Numbered from the whole stretch's first letter, positions 20,716 through 31,525 are shown. The stretch: 61,513 nt of DNA, filler included, from 5 parts of 5 records of this genome joined end to end with filler, not necessarily neighbours in it, one strand, 5' to 3'. Notes: generated by a model from the sequence alone, not told the origin. Translations and numbers: made by a program.

Positions 20716-21608
20716 GCGACACCCGTTGCGGCGTGGTGGCCATCGTCGGCCGCCCCAATGTGGGCAAATCCACCCTGATGAACCATCTGATCGGCGAGAA
20801 GGTGAGCATTACCTCCCGTAAGCCGCAGACCACCCGTCACCGGATCCACGGCATTCTCAGCCGCCCCGGCTATCAGATCGTGTTCGCCGACACGCCCGGC
20901 ATCCACACCGGCCAGGAGCGCGCCCTCAACCGGGCAATGAACGACGCCGCCCAGTCGGCGCTGTCCGACGTGGACGTGATCTGCTTCATGGTCGACGCTC
21001 TGAAATGGACCGAAGGCGACGAGCACGTGCTTGGCCTGCTGCAGCGCGCCGGCGACACGCCGGTGATTCTGCTGGTCAACAAGGTCGACAACCTGACCGA
21101 CAAATCCCTGCTGCTGCCGCACCTGGAAAGCCTGGCGGCGCGCTTCGCCTTCGCCGAGGTGATCCCGGTGTCGGCGCTGCGCGACCACAACCTGGACGTG
21201 CTTGAGAAAGCGCTCTCCAGCCGCCTGCCGGAGGGGGATTTCTGGTTCGACGACGACCAGCTCACCGACCGCAGCCTGCGCTTCATGGCCGCCGAGATCA
21301 TCCGCGAAAAAGTGGTGCGCCAGCTGGGCCAGGAAGTGCCCCACCAGATCACCGTGGAAATCGACATCTGGGAAGACGGCCCCAAGGTCACCGACATCGC
21401 CGCCACCATCCTGGTGGAGCGGCGCGGCCAGAAGAAAATCCTGATTGGCGACAAGGGCTCGCGCATCAAAAGCATCGGCACCCAGGCCCGCGAGGACATG
21501 GAACGCCTGATCGACCGCAAGGTGATGCTCACCCTCTGGGTCAAGATCAAAGCCGGCTGGTCCGACGACGAACGCGCCCTGCGTTCGCTGGGCTATGACC
21601 ACCGCTGA
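20712..21608 (+). CDS. era: GTPase Era
   Basis: GRPNVGKSTL, SRKPQTTR, DTPG, NKVD and a KH domain. ATG overlaps the rnc stop (ATGA). Confidence 0.97.
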   Translation: MSDTRCGVVAIVGRPNVGKSTLMNHLIGEKVSITSRKPQTTRHRIHGILSRPGYQIVFADTPGIHTGQERALNRAMNDAAQSALSDVDVICFMVDALKWTEGDEHVLGLLQRAGDTPVILLVNKVDNLTDKSLLLPHLESLAARFAFAEVIPVSALRDHNLDVLEKALSSRLPEGDFWFDDDQLTDRSLRFMAAEIIREKVVRQLGQEVPHQITVEIDIWEDGPKVTDIAATILVERRGQKKILIGDKGSRIKSIGTQAREDMERLIDRKVMLTLWVKIKAGWSDDERALRSLGYDHR

Positions 21609-22272
21609 GACCGGCGGCCCGAACGGCCTCGCCCCGGCCTGGCTGTTGCACCGCCGCGCCTTCCGCAACACCAGCCTGATCGTCGACCTGTTCCTGCCCC
21701 GCCAGGGCCGGGTCGGCGCGGTGGCGCGCGGCGGCCGCCGGGATGCCTCCCTGGCGCCGTTCGCGCCGCTCTGGGTGGACCTGAAAGCCGGCGGCGAGCT
21801 GTTCACCCTGCGCCAGGTGGAGCCGCGCGGCCCCGGCCTGGCCCTGCACGGCCGGGCGCTCTACTGCGGCTTCTACGTCAACGAGCTGCTGGTGCGCCTG
21901 CTGCACCGCGACGACGCCCACCCGGACCTGTGGCCGGTGTACGAACGCACCCTGGCCGAGCTGGCCGGCGACACGCCCCTGGACATCACCCTGCGCCGCT
22001 TCGAAATGATGCTGCTGGAAGATGTCGGCTACGGGCTGGCGCTGGACCACGACCTGCAGGGCGAGCCCCTGGACCCGGCCAGCCGCTACCGCTGGGAAGG
22101 CGGCGAAGGCCTGCGGCCCGCCGTCGAGGGCTACTACGGCGAGCACCTGCTGGCCCTGGGCCGCGACCAGTGGGACGCGGACGTGCGCCGCACCGCCAAG
22201 GCGCTGCTGCGCGAGGCGCTGGCCCCGCACCTCGGCGACCGGCCCCTGCGCAGCCGCGAACTGTTCCGCTAG
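21595..22272 (+). CDS. recO: DNA repair protein RecO
   Basis: AWLLHRRAFRNTSLIVD, LYCGFYVNELL, LRRFE..LL..GY, RPLRSRELF. Confidence 0.94.
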   Translation: MTTAETGGPNGLAPAWLLHRRAFRNTSLIVDLFLPRQGRVGAVARGGRRDASLAPFAPLWVDLKAGGELFTLRQVEPRGPGLALHGRALYCGFYVNELLVRLLHRDDAHPDLWPVYERTLAELAGDTPLDITLRRFEMMLLEDVGYGLALDHDLQGEPLDPASRYRWEGGEGLRPAVEGYYGEHLLALGRDQWDADVRRTAKALLREALAPHLGDRPLRSRELFR

Positions 22273-22326
22273 AGCGGTTCTGCTACCATTCCCCCAACCT
22301 TTGAATCCGTTGCTGGAGCACCCCCC

Positions 22327-23079
22327 ATGTCCGTTCTTCTCGGCATCAACATCGATCACGTGGCCACCCTGCGCCAGGCCCGCGGCACCCGCTACCCGGA
22401 CCCGGTGCAGGCCGCGCTGATCGCCGAGCAGGCCGGCGCCGACGGCATCACCGTGCACCTGCGCGAAGACCGCCGGCACATTCAGGACCGTGACGTGGAG
22501 CTGCTGGCGCACACCCTGCAGACGCGCATGAACCTGGAAATGGCCGCCACCGAGGAAATGGTCGGCATTGCCCGCCGCATCGGCCCGGCGCACAGCTGTC
22601 TGGTGCCGGAAAAGCGCGAGGAACTGACCACCGAAGGCGGCCTGGACGTGGTCGCCAACGAAGACTGGATCCGTGATTGCTGCGCGCGGCTGGCGGACGC
22701 CGGCATCGAAGTGTCCCTGTTTATCGACGCGGACCCGGCGCAGATCGAAGCGGCGGTGCGCTGCCGGGCACCGGCCATCGAGATCCATACCGGCCACTAC
22801 GCCGACCTCACCGCGCCGGAAGCCCGCGACAAGGAGGCGGCGGCCCGCGAGCTGACCCGTATCCGCGACGCGGTGGCGCTGGGCCGCGAGGCCGGGCTGA
22901 TCGTCAACGCCGGCCACGGCCTGCACTACCACAACACCCGCGAGATCGCGGCGATCCCGGGCATCAACGAACTGAACATCGGCCACGGCATCATCGCCCG
23001 GGCGGTGATGACCGGCCTGGACGAAGCGGTGCGCGCCATGCGTGTGCTGATTGACGGTGCCGCCGGCAGCGCCCTTTAG
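22327..23079 (+). CDS. pdxJ: Pyridoxine 5'-phosphate synthase
   Basis: [44 protein letters not shown]. Confidence 0.97.
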   Translation: MSVLLGINIDHVATLRQARGTRYPDPVQAALIAEQAGADGITVHLREDRRHIQDRDVELLAHTLQTRMNLEMAATEEMVGIARRIGPAHSCLVPEKREELTTEGGLDVVANEDWIRDCCARLADAGIEVSLFIDADPAQIEAAVRCRAPAIEIHTGHYADLTAPEARDKEAAARELTRIRDAVALGREAGLIVNAGHGLHYHNTREIAAIPGINELNIGHGIIARAVMTGLDEAVRAMRVLIDGAAGSAL

Positions 23080-24543
23080 TCAGGTGCCGCAGAAGGTGCG
23101 TAGCACCTGCTCGTCGGGCGCCGGCGGCTGCCGGTAGGGGTCGTCCGGCCCCCGGTCCCGGTAGGGGTCGTCCAGCGCCGCCAGCAGCGCCTTCACCGGC
23201 GCCAGGTCACCGTCACGCACCGCCGCCGACAGCGCCGCCTCCACCTGGTGGTTGCGCGGAATCACCGCCGGGTTATGGCGGCCCATCAGCGCCCAGGCGT
23301 CCTCCTCGGCCTTGCCGTTGCGGCCCAGCCGCGCCTGCCAGCGCCGGTGCCAGTCGCCGAACTCGTCGTTCTGGAACGGCTCGCCCGGCGGCGTGGCGCC
23401 GCCGATCAGATCGCGGAAGGTGTTGGTGTGGTCGGCGTCGTGGCGGGCCATCCAGTCGAGCAGGTCGGCGGCCAGGGCGGCGTCGCCGTCCTCCTCGCCG
23501 AACAGCCCCAGTTTGCCGCGCATCATCACCAGCCAGCGCTGCGCGTAGCGCTCGGTGTGGCTTTTGATCAGCGCCTCGGCGGTTTCCACGGCGCGGTCGG
23601 CGTCGTCGTCGATCAGCGGAATCAGGGTTTCCGCGAAGCGCGCCAGGTTCCACTGGGTGATCACCGGCTGGTTGCCGTAGGCGTAGCGGCCGCGTTGATC
23701 GATGGAGCTGAACACGGTCTCCGGATGGTAGCGGTCCATGAAGGCGCAGGGGCCGTAGTCGATGGTCTCGCCGGACAGGGCCACGTTGTCGGTGTTCATC
23801 ACGCCGTGGATAAAGCCCACCCGCATCCATTCGGTGATCAATGCGATCTGCCGGTCCATCACCCCTTCCAGCAGCGCCAGCGCCGGCACCTCGGCGCCCG
23901 ACCGGTCCGGGTAGTGGCGCTTGAGGGTGTAGTCCACCAGCGTTTCCAGCAGCGTCGTGTCCTGGCGGCCGGCGGCGTACTGAAAGGTGCCCACGCGCAG
24001 GTGCGAGGCCGCCACCCGGGTGAGGATGGCGCCGGGCTGGGCGGTGTCGCGCAGCACCTGCTCGCCGGTGCCGACCACCGCCAGCGCCCGGGTGGTGGCC
24101 ACGCCCAGGGCGTGCATCGCCTCGCTGATGATGTACTCGCGCAGCATCGGGCCGAGAGCGGCGCGGCCGTCGCCGCCGCGGGAAAACGGCGTGCGCCCGG
24201 AGCCCTTGAGCTGGATGTCGCGGCGCTGGTCGTCCGGGGTGAGCTGCTCGCCGAGCAGCACCGCGCGGCCGTCGCCGAGCATGGTCGGGTTGCCGAACTG
24301 GTGGCCGGCGTAGGCCTGGGCCAGCGGCTCGCCGCCGGGCAGCGGCCGGTTGCCGCCCAGCAGGGCGGCGCCGGTGTCGCTGTTCAGGGCTTCGGCGTCG
24401 AGCCCCAGCTGCGCCGCGAGCTCGCCGTTGAACAGCAGCAGCTCCGGCGCCCGCACCGGCTGCGGGTCACAGAACGCAAACAGGGTCTCGGGCAGGCGGG
24501 CGTAGCTGTTGTCGAACCGGAAGCCGAACGGGTTGGCGGACAT
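23080..24543 (-). CDS. selO: Protein adenylyltransferase SelO (YdiU family)
   Basis: AQAYAGHQFG, LGDGRA, QLKGSGRTPFSRGGDGRA, GFIHGVMNTDN, TIDYGP; C-terminus TFCGT. Confidence 0.95.
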   Translation of the reverse strand: MSANPFGFRFDNSYARLPETLFAFCDPQPVRAPELLLFNGELAAQLGLDAEALNSDTGAALLGGNRPLPGGEPLAQAYAGHQFGNPTMLGDGRAVLLGEQLTPDDQRRDIQLKGSGRTPFSRGGDGRAALGPMLREYIISEAMHALGVATTRALAVVGTGEQVLRDTAQPGAILTRVAASHLRVGTFQYAAGRQDTTLLETLVDYTLKRHYPDRSGAEVPALALLEGVMDRQIALITEWMRVGFIHGVMNTDNVALSGETIDYGPCAFMDRYHPETVFSSIDQRGRYAYGNQPVITQWNLARFAETLIPLIDDDADRAVETAEALIKSHTERYAQRWLVMMRGKLGLFGEEDGDAALAADLLDWMARHDADHTNTFRDLIGGATPPGEPFQNDEFGDWHRRWQARLGRNGKAEEDAWALMGRHNPAVIPRNHQVEAALSAAVRDGDLAPVKALLAALDDPYRDRGPDDPYRQPPAPDEQVLRTFCGT

Positions 24544-24616
24544 GCGGGTGCTCCATGAAAGAATGACTGCTACCCAAGGGTAACAGACTCCACCACCCGG
24601 GCCGTGACGGCGAGGC

Positions 24617-27331
24617 CTAAAGCCGCGCCGCCTGGCCGTACTGGCGCACGCTTTCGATCTCCGCCAGCAGGGCGGCCACCAAGTGCTCCAGGCGGCCGTC
24701 GTCGACCTCGGTCTTGAGGCCCTCTTCCAGCTCCCGGGCGGCCCGCTCCAGCCGTGGCGTGCCGCAGTAGCGGCAGGCGCCGTGCAGCTTGTGCACGCGC
24801 TCCAGCAGGGCGTCCCGGTTGTTGCTCTCGGACAGGGCGTTAATGCCGGGCGCGTCCTGCTCCAGGCTGGCCAGCAGCATGCTGAACATGTCCCGGGCCA
24901 GGTCCTCGCGGCCGCCGGCGCGCTGCTTGCCGAGCGCCTCGTCCACCACCAGGTCGGTGGCGGCCGGCTCCGGCGCCGCCGGCGCCTCTTCCGCGACCGG
25001 TTCGGCCTCCGCGCCGTCGGTGCGGGTCCAGCGCTCCAGGGTGTGGCGCAGCTGCCCCTCGGTGATCGGCTTGCTCAGGTAGTCGTCCATGCCCGCCGCC
25101 AACAGCGAACGCCGCTCGCTCTCCAGGGCGTGGGCGGTGAGCGCAATGATCGGCGTGCGCAGCCCTTCGCCTTCGCGCTCGCGCATCTGCCGGGTGGTTT
25201 CCAGGCCGTCCATGCCCGGCATCTGCACGTCCATGAACACCAGATCGAAGGTGCCCCGGGAAAACGCGGTAAGCGCTTCCTCACCGCCGGCGCAGGGCAC
25301 CACGTCAACGCCCATCTCCTCCAGGAACACCCGCGCCAGTTTCAGGTTGCCGGGGTGATCGTCCACCACCAGCACCCGGGCGTCCAGCGCGGCGCCGCCG
25401 CAGGCCGCGCCGGTGCACGCCGGCTCCGCCAGGCCGCCCAGTTCGAGCAGGCCGTCGCGCAGCCGCCGGCGGGTGGGCGGTTTGCCCAGCACCCGGCACT
25501 GTTCGGCGTGGCCGCTGAGCTGGCCGGACAGGGCGTCGGCGTGGGCGGTGAGCACGATCACCGGCTTGCCGGTGGTGTCCAGCAAACGCTCCACCAGCGG
25601 CGTCAGCCGTGACGGGTCCGGCAGCGACGCCGGCGCTGCCAGCAGGAAATAATCGGTGCTCTCCAGGGTGTCGGTCTCCAGGTGGTCGTGCAGCTGCTCC
25701 AGGGCCTGCAGCTCGGTCACCTGCATCCGCCAGCCGCTGAGCATGTGGTACAGCGCCAGGCGGGCGTGTTCGTTGGCCTCCACCAGCGTCACGCTGAGGC
25801 CCTTCAGGGCCACCGGGGCGGGCTCCGGCTCGCCGCTGCCGTCGCGCTCCGCGCGCACCGTGAACCAGAAGGTGGAGCCGCGTCCGGAGGTGCTGTCGAT
25901 GCCGATCTCGCCGCCCATGCCTTCCACCAGCCGCTTGCAGATCGCCAGGCCCAGGCCGGTGCCGCCCTCGCGGCGGCGGGCGCTCTGGTCCACCTGGGTG
26001 AAGGCGTTGAACAGGTTCTTCTGCAGGTCCGGCGACAGGCCGTTGCCGGTGTCGGTGATGGTGATCTTGACCACCGCCTCGGCGCCGCGCTCTTCCTCGA
26101 GCATGGCGCGCACCACGATCGACCCGCGCTCGGTGAACTTGATCGCGTTGCTGACCAGATTGGTGAGTACCTGGCGAATACGCAGCGGATCGCCGAGCAG
26201 GCCGGTGGGCACGTCGGAGTAGATGATCGCCGCCTGCTCCAGGCCCTTCTCCTGGGCCATCGGCGCCAGCATGGTCTGCACGTCCTCGATGATGTCGTGC
26301 AGATCCAGCGGAATATGTTCCAGTGACAGCTTGCCCGCCTCGATCTTGGAGAAGTCGAGAATATCGTTGATGATCGACAACAGCGATTCGGCGCTCTTGC
26401 GGATGGTGCCCAGATAATCCTGCTGGCGGGGCGACAGGGTGGAGCGTTCCAGCAGGCGGGTGAAGCCGATGATGCCGTTCAGCGGCGTGCGGATTTCATG
26501 GCTCATGTTGGCCAGGAATTCCGATTTGATCTGGCTGGCCTTGAGCGCTTCCTTGCGCGCCATATCCAGCTCGATGTTCTGAATCTCGATGGTTTCCAGG
26601 GTCTCGCGCAGGTCCTGGGTGGCCTGGTCCACGTTCTGCTGTAGCTCGGCCTGGGCCTCGTCCAGGGCCGCCACCATGTTGCCGAGGGCGTCTTCCAGCT
26701 CCTTGAGCTCGCCCTGGGCGCCCGCCGGCGGCGGCGGGCTCAGGTCGCCGTCGCGCACCCGCCGCACCGTGTCCAACAGCGAATCCACCGGCTGCGTCAG
26801 CCGCTTGGCGAAGCGCACCGCCGGCATCACCGCCAGCAGCACCAGCACCACCACCACGGCGATCATCGTCAGCACCGCTTCCAGGATCTCGATGTACTGC
26901 CCCTGCCGGGAAAACTCCACCGTCAGCAGCCGGTTGCGCTGGCCGGGCAGGGCGCGCACCAGCTGCCAGCTGGAATCGGTGACCAGCCGGCGGCCGCCGC
27001 CCTCCAGACGCTCCGCCTCCTGCACCGGGCGCAGCCGGGGCCCGGCGTGGGACTGCCAGCCGGACTGGTTGTCCAGCAGCGAGGCGGCGCGCACGTCCGG
27101 CTCCTCCAGCAGGGCGCGCAGCAGCGGCTCGTAGGCCGGCTGCTCGGCCTCGCCCAGCGCCGCCAGACGGGCGGCGTAGCTCTCGATGATCAGTTGCTGG
27201 CGGTGGGCGGTGTCGGCGCGCACTTCCACCATCCGGTGGACCAGCGTGTAGCCGCCGATCACCAGCGCCGCCAGGAAGGCGGGCAGGGCGGTCATCACCA
27301 GAATGCGCGTGCGCAGGCTCGAATGGGCCAT
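24617..27331 (-). CDS. barA: Unorthodox hybrid sensor kinase GacS/BarA
   Basis: Two TM segments, [40 protein letters not shown], receiver FMDVQMP and HPt [12 protein letters not shown]. Adjacent to cysM. Confidence 0.93.
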   Translation of the reverse strand: MAHSSLRTRILVMTALPAFLAALVIGGYTLVHRMVEVRADTAHRQQLIIESYAARLAALGEAEQPAYEPLLRALLEEPDVRAASLLDNQSGWQSHAGPRLRPVQEAERLEGGGRRLVTDSSWQLVRALPGQRNRLLTVEFSRQGQYIEILEAVLTMIAVVVVLVLLAVMPAVRFAKRLTQPVDSLLDTVRRVRDGDLSPPPPAGAQGELKELEDALGNMVAALDEAQAELQQNVDQATQDLRETLETIEIQNIELDMARKEALKASQIKSEFLANMSHEIRTPLNGIIGFTRLLERSTLSPRQQDYLGTIRKSAESLLSIINDILDFSKIEAGKLSLEHIPLDLHDIIEDVQTMLAPMAQEKGLEQAAIIYSDVPTGLLGDPLRIRQVLTNLVSNAIKFTERGSIVVRAMLEEERGAEAVVKITITDTGNGLSPDLQKNLFNAFTQVDQSARRREGGTGLGLAICKRLVEGMGGEIGIDSTSGRGSTFWFTVRAERDGSGEPEPAPVALKGLSVTLVEANEHARLALYHMLSGWRMQVTELQALEQLHDHLETDTLESTDYFLLAAPASLPDPSRLTPLVERLLDTTGKPVIVLTAHADALSGQLSGHAEQCRVLGKPPTRRRLRDGLLELGGLAEPACTGAACGGAALDARVLVVDDHPGNLKLARVFLEEMGVDVVPCAGGEEALTAFSRGTFDLVFMDVQMPGMDGLETTRQMREREGEGLRTPIIALTAHALESERRSLLAAGMDDYLSKPITEGQLRHTLERWTRTDGAEAEPVAEEAPAAPEPAATDLVVDEALGKQRAGGREDLARDMFSMLLASLEQDAPGINALSESNNRDALLERVHKLHGACRYCGTPRLERAARELEEGLKTEVDDGRLEHLVAALLAEIESVRQYGQAARL

Positions 27332-27452
27332 GGTTCCCCTGAAAATCTCTGTTCTGATTATGGTGGCGGTTTCAGTGCCGCCATTATGCCGCAGTTGGCG
27401 AGCGGCGCATCCCGCCCTGTCACGGCCCCGGAGTTAAGCTACAATGCGCCCC

Positions 27453-28367
27453 ATGACCTACAAGACCATTGAATCCACGGTGGGCCACACGCCACTGGTG
27501 CGCCTGCAGCGCCTGCCGGGGAACACGACCAACACCATTCTGGTGAAGCTGGAAGGCAATAACCCGGCCGGGTCGGTCAAGGACCGGCCGGCGCTGAATA
27601 TGATCATCAAGGCGGAACAGCGCGGCGAGATCAAGCCCGGCGATACCCTGATCGAGGCCACCAGCGGCAATACCGGCATCGCTCTGGCGATGGCGGCGGC
27701 CATGCGCGGCTACAAGATGAAGCTGATCATGCCGGCCAACCAGAGCCAGGAGCGCCGCGACGCCATGGCCGCCTACGGCGCCGAACTGATCTCGGTGACC
27801 AAGGAAGAGGGCATGGAAGGCGCCCGCGACCTGGCCCAGGCGATGCAGGCGCGCGGCGAGGGCCGGGTGCTGGATCAGTTCGCCAACCCGGACAATCCGT
27901 TGGCCCATTACGAAAGCACCGGCCCGGAAATCTGGGAAGAGACCGGCGGCGCGATCACCCACTTCGTCAGCTCCATGGGCACCACCGGCACCATCATGGG
28001 CTGCAGCCAGTTCTTCAAGGAGAAGAACCCGGAGATCCAGATCGTCGGCCTGCAACCCACCGACGGCGCCTCGATTCCCGGCATCCGCCGCTGGCCCGAG
28101 GCCTACCTGCCGAGCATCTTCGACGCCGCCCGCGTCGACCGCGTGATCGACATGGGCCAGGACCTGGCGGAGCGCACCATGCGCCGGCTGGCCCGCGAGG
28201 AAGGCATCTTCTGCGGGGTCTCCTCCGGCGGTTCCGTGGCGGCCGCCCTGCAGCTGTCCGAGGAACTGGAGAACGCCGTGATCGTGGCCATCGTCTGCGA
28301 CCGGGGCGACCGCTATCTGTCCACCGGCGTCTTCAATGAGGCGGGCAACGCGGAGGCCGGCCAATGA
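27453..28367 (+). CDS. cysM: Cysteine synthase B
   Basis: KLEGNNPAGSVKDRPA, EATSGNTGIALA, SSMGTTGT, IPGIRRWP, CDRGDRYLSTG. Start may be 27444. Confidence 0.96.
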   Translation: MTYKTIESTVGHTPLVRLQRLPGNTTNTILVKLEGNNPAGSVKDRPALNMIIKAEQRGEIKPGDTLIEATSGNTGIALAMAAAMRGYKMKLIMPANQSQERRDAMAAYGAELISVTKEEGMEGARDLAQAMQARGEGRVLDQFANPDNPLAHYESTGPEIWEETGGAITHFVSSMGTTGTIMGCSQFFKEKNPEIQIVGLQPTDGASIPGIRRWPEAYLPSIFDAARVDRVIDMGQDLAERTMRRLAREEGIFCGVSSGGSVAAALQLSEELENAVIVAIVCDRGDRYLSTGVFNEAGNAEAGQ

Positions 28368-29143
28368 ACGTGCTGGTGTTTGATATCGAGACGGTGCCCG
28401 ACCTGGAAGGCGGCAGCCGCATTTACGACCTGGACGGGCTCAGCGACAAGGACACCGCCAGCGCGCTGTTCAATCTGCGCCGCCAGGAAAACGGCTCCGA
28501 GTTTCTGCGCCTGCACCTGCACCGGGTGGTGGCGATCTCCGTGGTGCTGCGCTCCGCCCAGGGTGTGAAAGTCTGGTCCCTGGGTGACGAGGACAGCACC
28601 GAAAAAGAGCTGATCGAGCGCTTCTACGACGGCATCGACCGCTTCACCCCGCAGATCGTCAGCTGGAACGGCGGCGGCTTCGACCTGCCGGTGCTCAACT
28701 ACCGCGCCCTCAAGCACGGCGTGGTGGCGCGCCGCTTCTGGGAAACCGGCAACGAAGACACCAGCTTCCGGTTCAACAATTACCTGAGCCGCTTCCACCA
28801 GCGCCACCTGGACCTGATGGAGCAGCTCGCCATGTTCAACGGCCGCGCCAACGCGCCGCTGGACCAGATCGCCACCCTGCTGGGCTTCCCCGGCAAGATG
28901 GGCATGAGCGGCGCCAAGGTGTTCGACACCTTCCAGGCCGGCGACCTCAAGGCGATCCGCGACTACTGCGAAACCGACGTGCTCAACACCTGGCTGGTGT
29001 TCCTGCGTTTCCAGATGCTGCGCGGCGAGCTCGACGCCACCGGCTACCAGGCCGAGCTGGACCTGCTCCGGGACTACCTGAAAGCCGAAGGGCATCCGCA
29101 CTTCCTGAGCTTCCTGGAAGCCTGGGAAGCCGCGGGCAATTAA
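28364..29143 (+). CDS. PolB-like 3'-5' exonuclease (DEDD family)
   Basis: VFDIETVPD, SWNGGGFDLPVL, HLDLM, IRDYCETDVLNT. Confidence 0.9.
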   Translation: MNVLVFDIETVPDLEGGSRIYDLDGLSDKDTASALFNLRRQENGSEFLRLHLHRVVAISVVLRSAQGVKVWSLGDEDSTEKELIERFYDGIDRFTPQIVSWNGGGFDLPVLNYRALKHGVVARRFWETGNEDTSFRFNNYLSRFHQRHLDLMEQLAMFNGRANAPLDQIATLLGFPGKMGMSGAKVFDTFQAGDLKAIRDYCETDVLNTWLVFLRFQMLRGELDATGYQAELDLLRDYLKAEGHPHFLSFLEAWEAAGN

Positions 29144-29166
29144 CAGTTAACAGTTAACAGTTAACA
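29140..29166. repeat. Tandem heptamer repeat (TTAACAG)n, truncated by the contig end
   Basis: TTAACAG three times plus TTAACA, beginning at the exonuclease stop codon. Confidence 0.9.
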
Positions 29167-29266
29167 NNNNNNNNNNNNNNNNNNNNNNNNNNNNNNNNNN
29201 NNNNNNNNNNTTAATTAATTAANNNNNNNNNNNNNNNNNNNNNNNNNNNNNNNNNNNNNNNNNNNN
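29167..29266. other. Artificial contig-joining spacer
   Basis: 44 N + TTAATTAATTAA + 44 N. Confidence 0.98.
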
Positions 29267-30465
29267 AGGATGATCGCCACGCCCCAGTTGCCGACCCCGA
29301 AGCCGAGATCCATCTGCAGGCCGAAGATATCCAGCTCGCCGCTCTGCAGGAACACCAACAGGTGGAAGATCGGCTGGGCCAGGAACCACAGCCAGCCGTA
29401 GTCCACGGTCATGTTAAAGCCGGGGCTGATCGCTTCCAGGCGATCCTGGATCTTGGGACCGGTGTAGAACTCCGCGTAGAACACCTTTTCCTCGCCGGGC
29501 TGAACTTCCGCCGAGGCGGACACGAAGCGCAGCAGGTATTCGTTGCGGTTCTCGCGGTACAGGGTGGAGTAGGTGTAGCGCCCCTGGGCATCGGGAATCC
29601 AGGCGGACACGAAATAGTGCTGGAGCATGGCAATCCAGCCACCCTCCTGGGTGAGCCGCAGCGGCTCGTCCTGCATGTCGTCGAACGGCAGCTTGTTGTA
29701 GGGCTTGTCCTGGCTCCAGTACGCCGCGCCCAGGTAGGTGGGCATGGGAATAAAGCCCTGGGTGCTTTTGCCCGGGTCTTCGCTGCCGTCCCGTTTGATC
29801 TGGCCGTAGAGCGCGCCCTGCCAGGCCTCGCCGCTGTTGTTGCGGACAATATGGCTGACCCGGACCAGGTAGCTGCCGCGCTCGAAGGTATAGCGTTTGA
29901 TGATCTCCACCCCGCCGCTCTGGCTCAGGGTGAGATCCACGTTGAGTTCTTTCTCGCCGTCCTGCAGGCGGTAGCGGTCCTGCCCGGCCTGCCAGGTGGG
30001 GCGGCCTTCGGCGGTGTCGGTGCCGTTCTTGCCGACCAGCCCGCTTTGCGCCACATAGGTCCGGCCGGCGTCGTTCTGCAGCAGAACGAACGGCTGATCC
30101 GGGGTGTCCGCGTGGCGCGGGTATTCGGGCAGGGCCACGCGAACGATGTCGCCGCCCAGGGGATCGATCTCCAGGGCCAGCACATCGGTATTCACTTCAA
30201 TGCGCTGCTCGGCGTCACCGCTCTGGGAGTCCGGGGCCGGCGCCTCGGCCTGCTGCTCGCCGGCGGGTTCCGGCACGGTGCCCTCGGCGCTGTCCGGCTG
30301 CGGCAGCGGGTCGCTGTCATTGGCGGGGGCGGTGTCGTCGGCCAGGGTTTGTTCCTGGGCCACCGGCGTGGTCTGCGGGGACATATAGTCCCGTTGCCAC
30401 GCCTGGATCATCAGGTAGGAAACAACGGCAATACCAGTGATCACTAACGCGCGAGGGATATCCAT
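29267..30465 (-). CDS. yidC: Membrane protein insertase YidC (3' part cut by the contig end)
   Basis: N-terminal TM segment, periplasmic domain (GWIAMLQHYFVSAWIP), TVDYGWLWFLAQP, VGNWGVAII. Follows rnpA. Confidence 0.96.
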
Positions 30466-30507
30466 AATTCGATTGGGTTCTGGCGAGAAAAAGCGGACGG
30501 CAGTTTC

Positions 30508-30894
30508 TCAGTCTTGCCCACGCTTGGCAAGCAGCTTGTCCAGCAGCTCGGACAGGGCCGGTGTCAACGAACGCCCCCCTTCCTTGGGACAAGGGCCCCG
30601 CAGGAGCACGATCAGATCCAGGCCGGCCAGCTCATGCTGGCGCAAACGGAACTGTTCGCGGGCACGGCGCTTGATCGCGGCGCGGTCCACGGCGTGGCGT
30701 GCTTTACGACGGCCGATCACCAGACCCAGTCGTGCCTGGGGCAGGTCGTTACGGCGGGCAAGAATGAGAAAATAGCGGTCGGAGACCCGCCAGTCTGGGG
30801 CGTTGAACACGGCCTGGAACTGGGCGCCGTCAAGCAGGCGCTGTTCTCGGGTGAAGCGGAAGGACGGGGTATCGGGCGCTGACACTGGCACCAT
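30508..30894 (-). CDS. rnpA: Ribonuclease P protein component
   Basis: FTREQRLL...FQAVF, ARLGLVIGRRKARHAVDRAAIKRRAREQFR. Lies between rpmH and yidC. Confidence 0.92.
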   Translation of the reverse strand: MVPVSAPDTPSFRFTREQRLLDGAQFQAVFNAPDWRVSDRYFLILARRNDLPQARLGLVIGRRKARHAVDRAAIKRRAREQFRLRQHELAGLDLIVLLRGPCPKEGGRSLTPALSELLDKLLAKRGQD

Positions 30895-30933
30895 GGCGAA
30901 AACGGAAGACAGCGGTCAGCGCCGGCGGCTGAC

Positions 30934-31068
30934 TCAGGCTGTCAGCCGTTTACGACCTTTGGCGCGACGTGCCGCGACGATTTTGCGGCCATTTTTGGTG
31001 GCCATGCGGGCACGGAAACCGTGGTTACGCTTACGCTTGATGTTGCTCGGCTGGAATGTCCGTTTCAT
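30934..31068 (-). CDS. rpmH: 50S ribosomal protein L34
   Basis: Hand translation gives [44 protein letters not shown] (44 aa, below the ORF-track cutoff). Confidence 0.97.
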   Translation of the reverse strand: MKRTFQPSNIKRKRNHGFRARMATKNGRKIVAARRAKGRKRLTA

Positions 31069-31164
31069 GGCGTCATCCCCAAATAGGAAGTCATGGGCTT
31101 AAGAGGCCGCGGATAATAGTCGTGCGGGGGCTGGCTGTCAACCGGGCTTTCCGGAGCGGGTCGG

Positions 31165-31470
31165 GGTGTTACTAAAAGAATTAAATATTTATATGTTTTT
31201 AGTAGCAGTGGTAATAGTAAGGGAAGGCCGATTCTGTGGATAAGCGGGAAAAAGCCATATAAAGCAATGATTTAGCCTGTTGGCAACTGACGTATAACTG
31301 TGTGTAAGTCACGGGGACGAACGGGGGACAGTCGGTGGTCAATTGGGGACGGAATTGATCCACCTGGTTATCCCCAGAGTTGTGAGCCCGGGTGCGCACA
31401 GGGTTACCGCCGTAGTTATCCACAGGAAAAGTGAAAAGAAAAAGGTCCCGGGAGCTGTGGATAATTGGCC
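31165..31470. promoter_or_regulatory. Chromosomal replication origin oriC (AT-rich unwinding element, DnaA-trios, DnaA boxes)
   Basis: rpmH-dnaA intergenic region. Perfect DnaA boxes at 31235-31243 (-), 31416-31424 (+) and 31456-31464 (-); near-match TTATCCCCA at 31368-31376. AT-rich tract at about 31169-31200 and TAG-type trios at 31200-31220. Confidence 0.88.
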
Positions 31471-31525
31471 GGACGGGGGTATAGAATGCAACGTCTTATT
31501 CACCATCGACGGTAAAGGCGGGGAT

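Noticed and set aside
31343-31525. N-terminal extension of DnaA in the ORF track (similar extensions for ygfZ, rpoE, rseA, era, ompR, the pilH-like gene and ilvD)
   Set aside because: It runs through DnaA boxes and promoter DNA. Homology begins at the downstream start codon.
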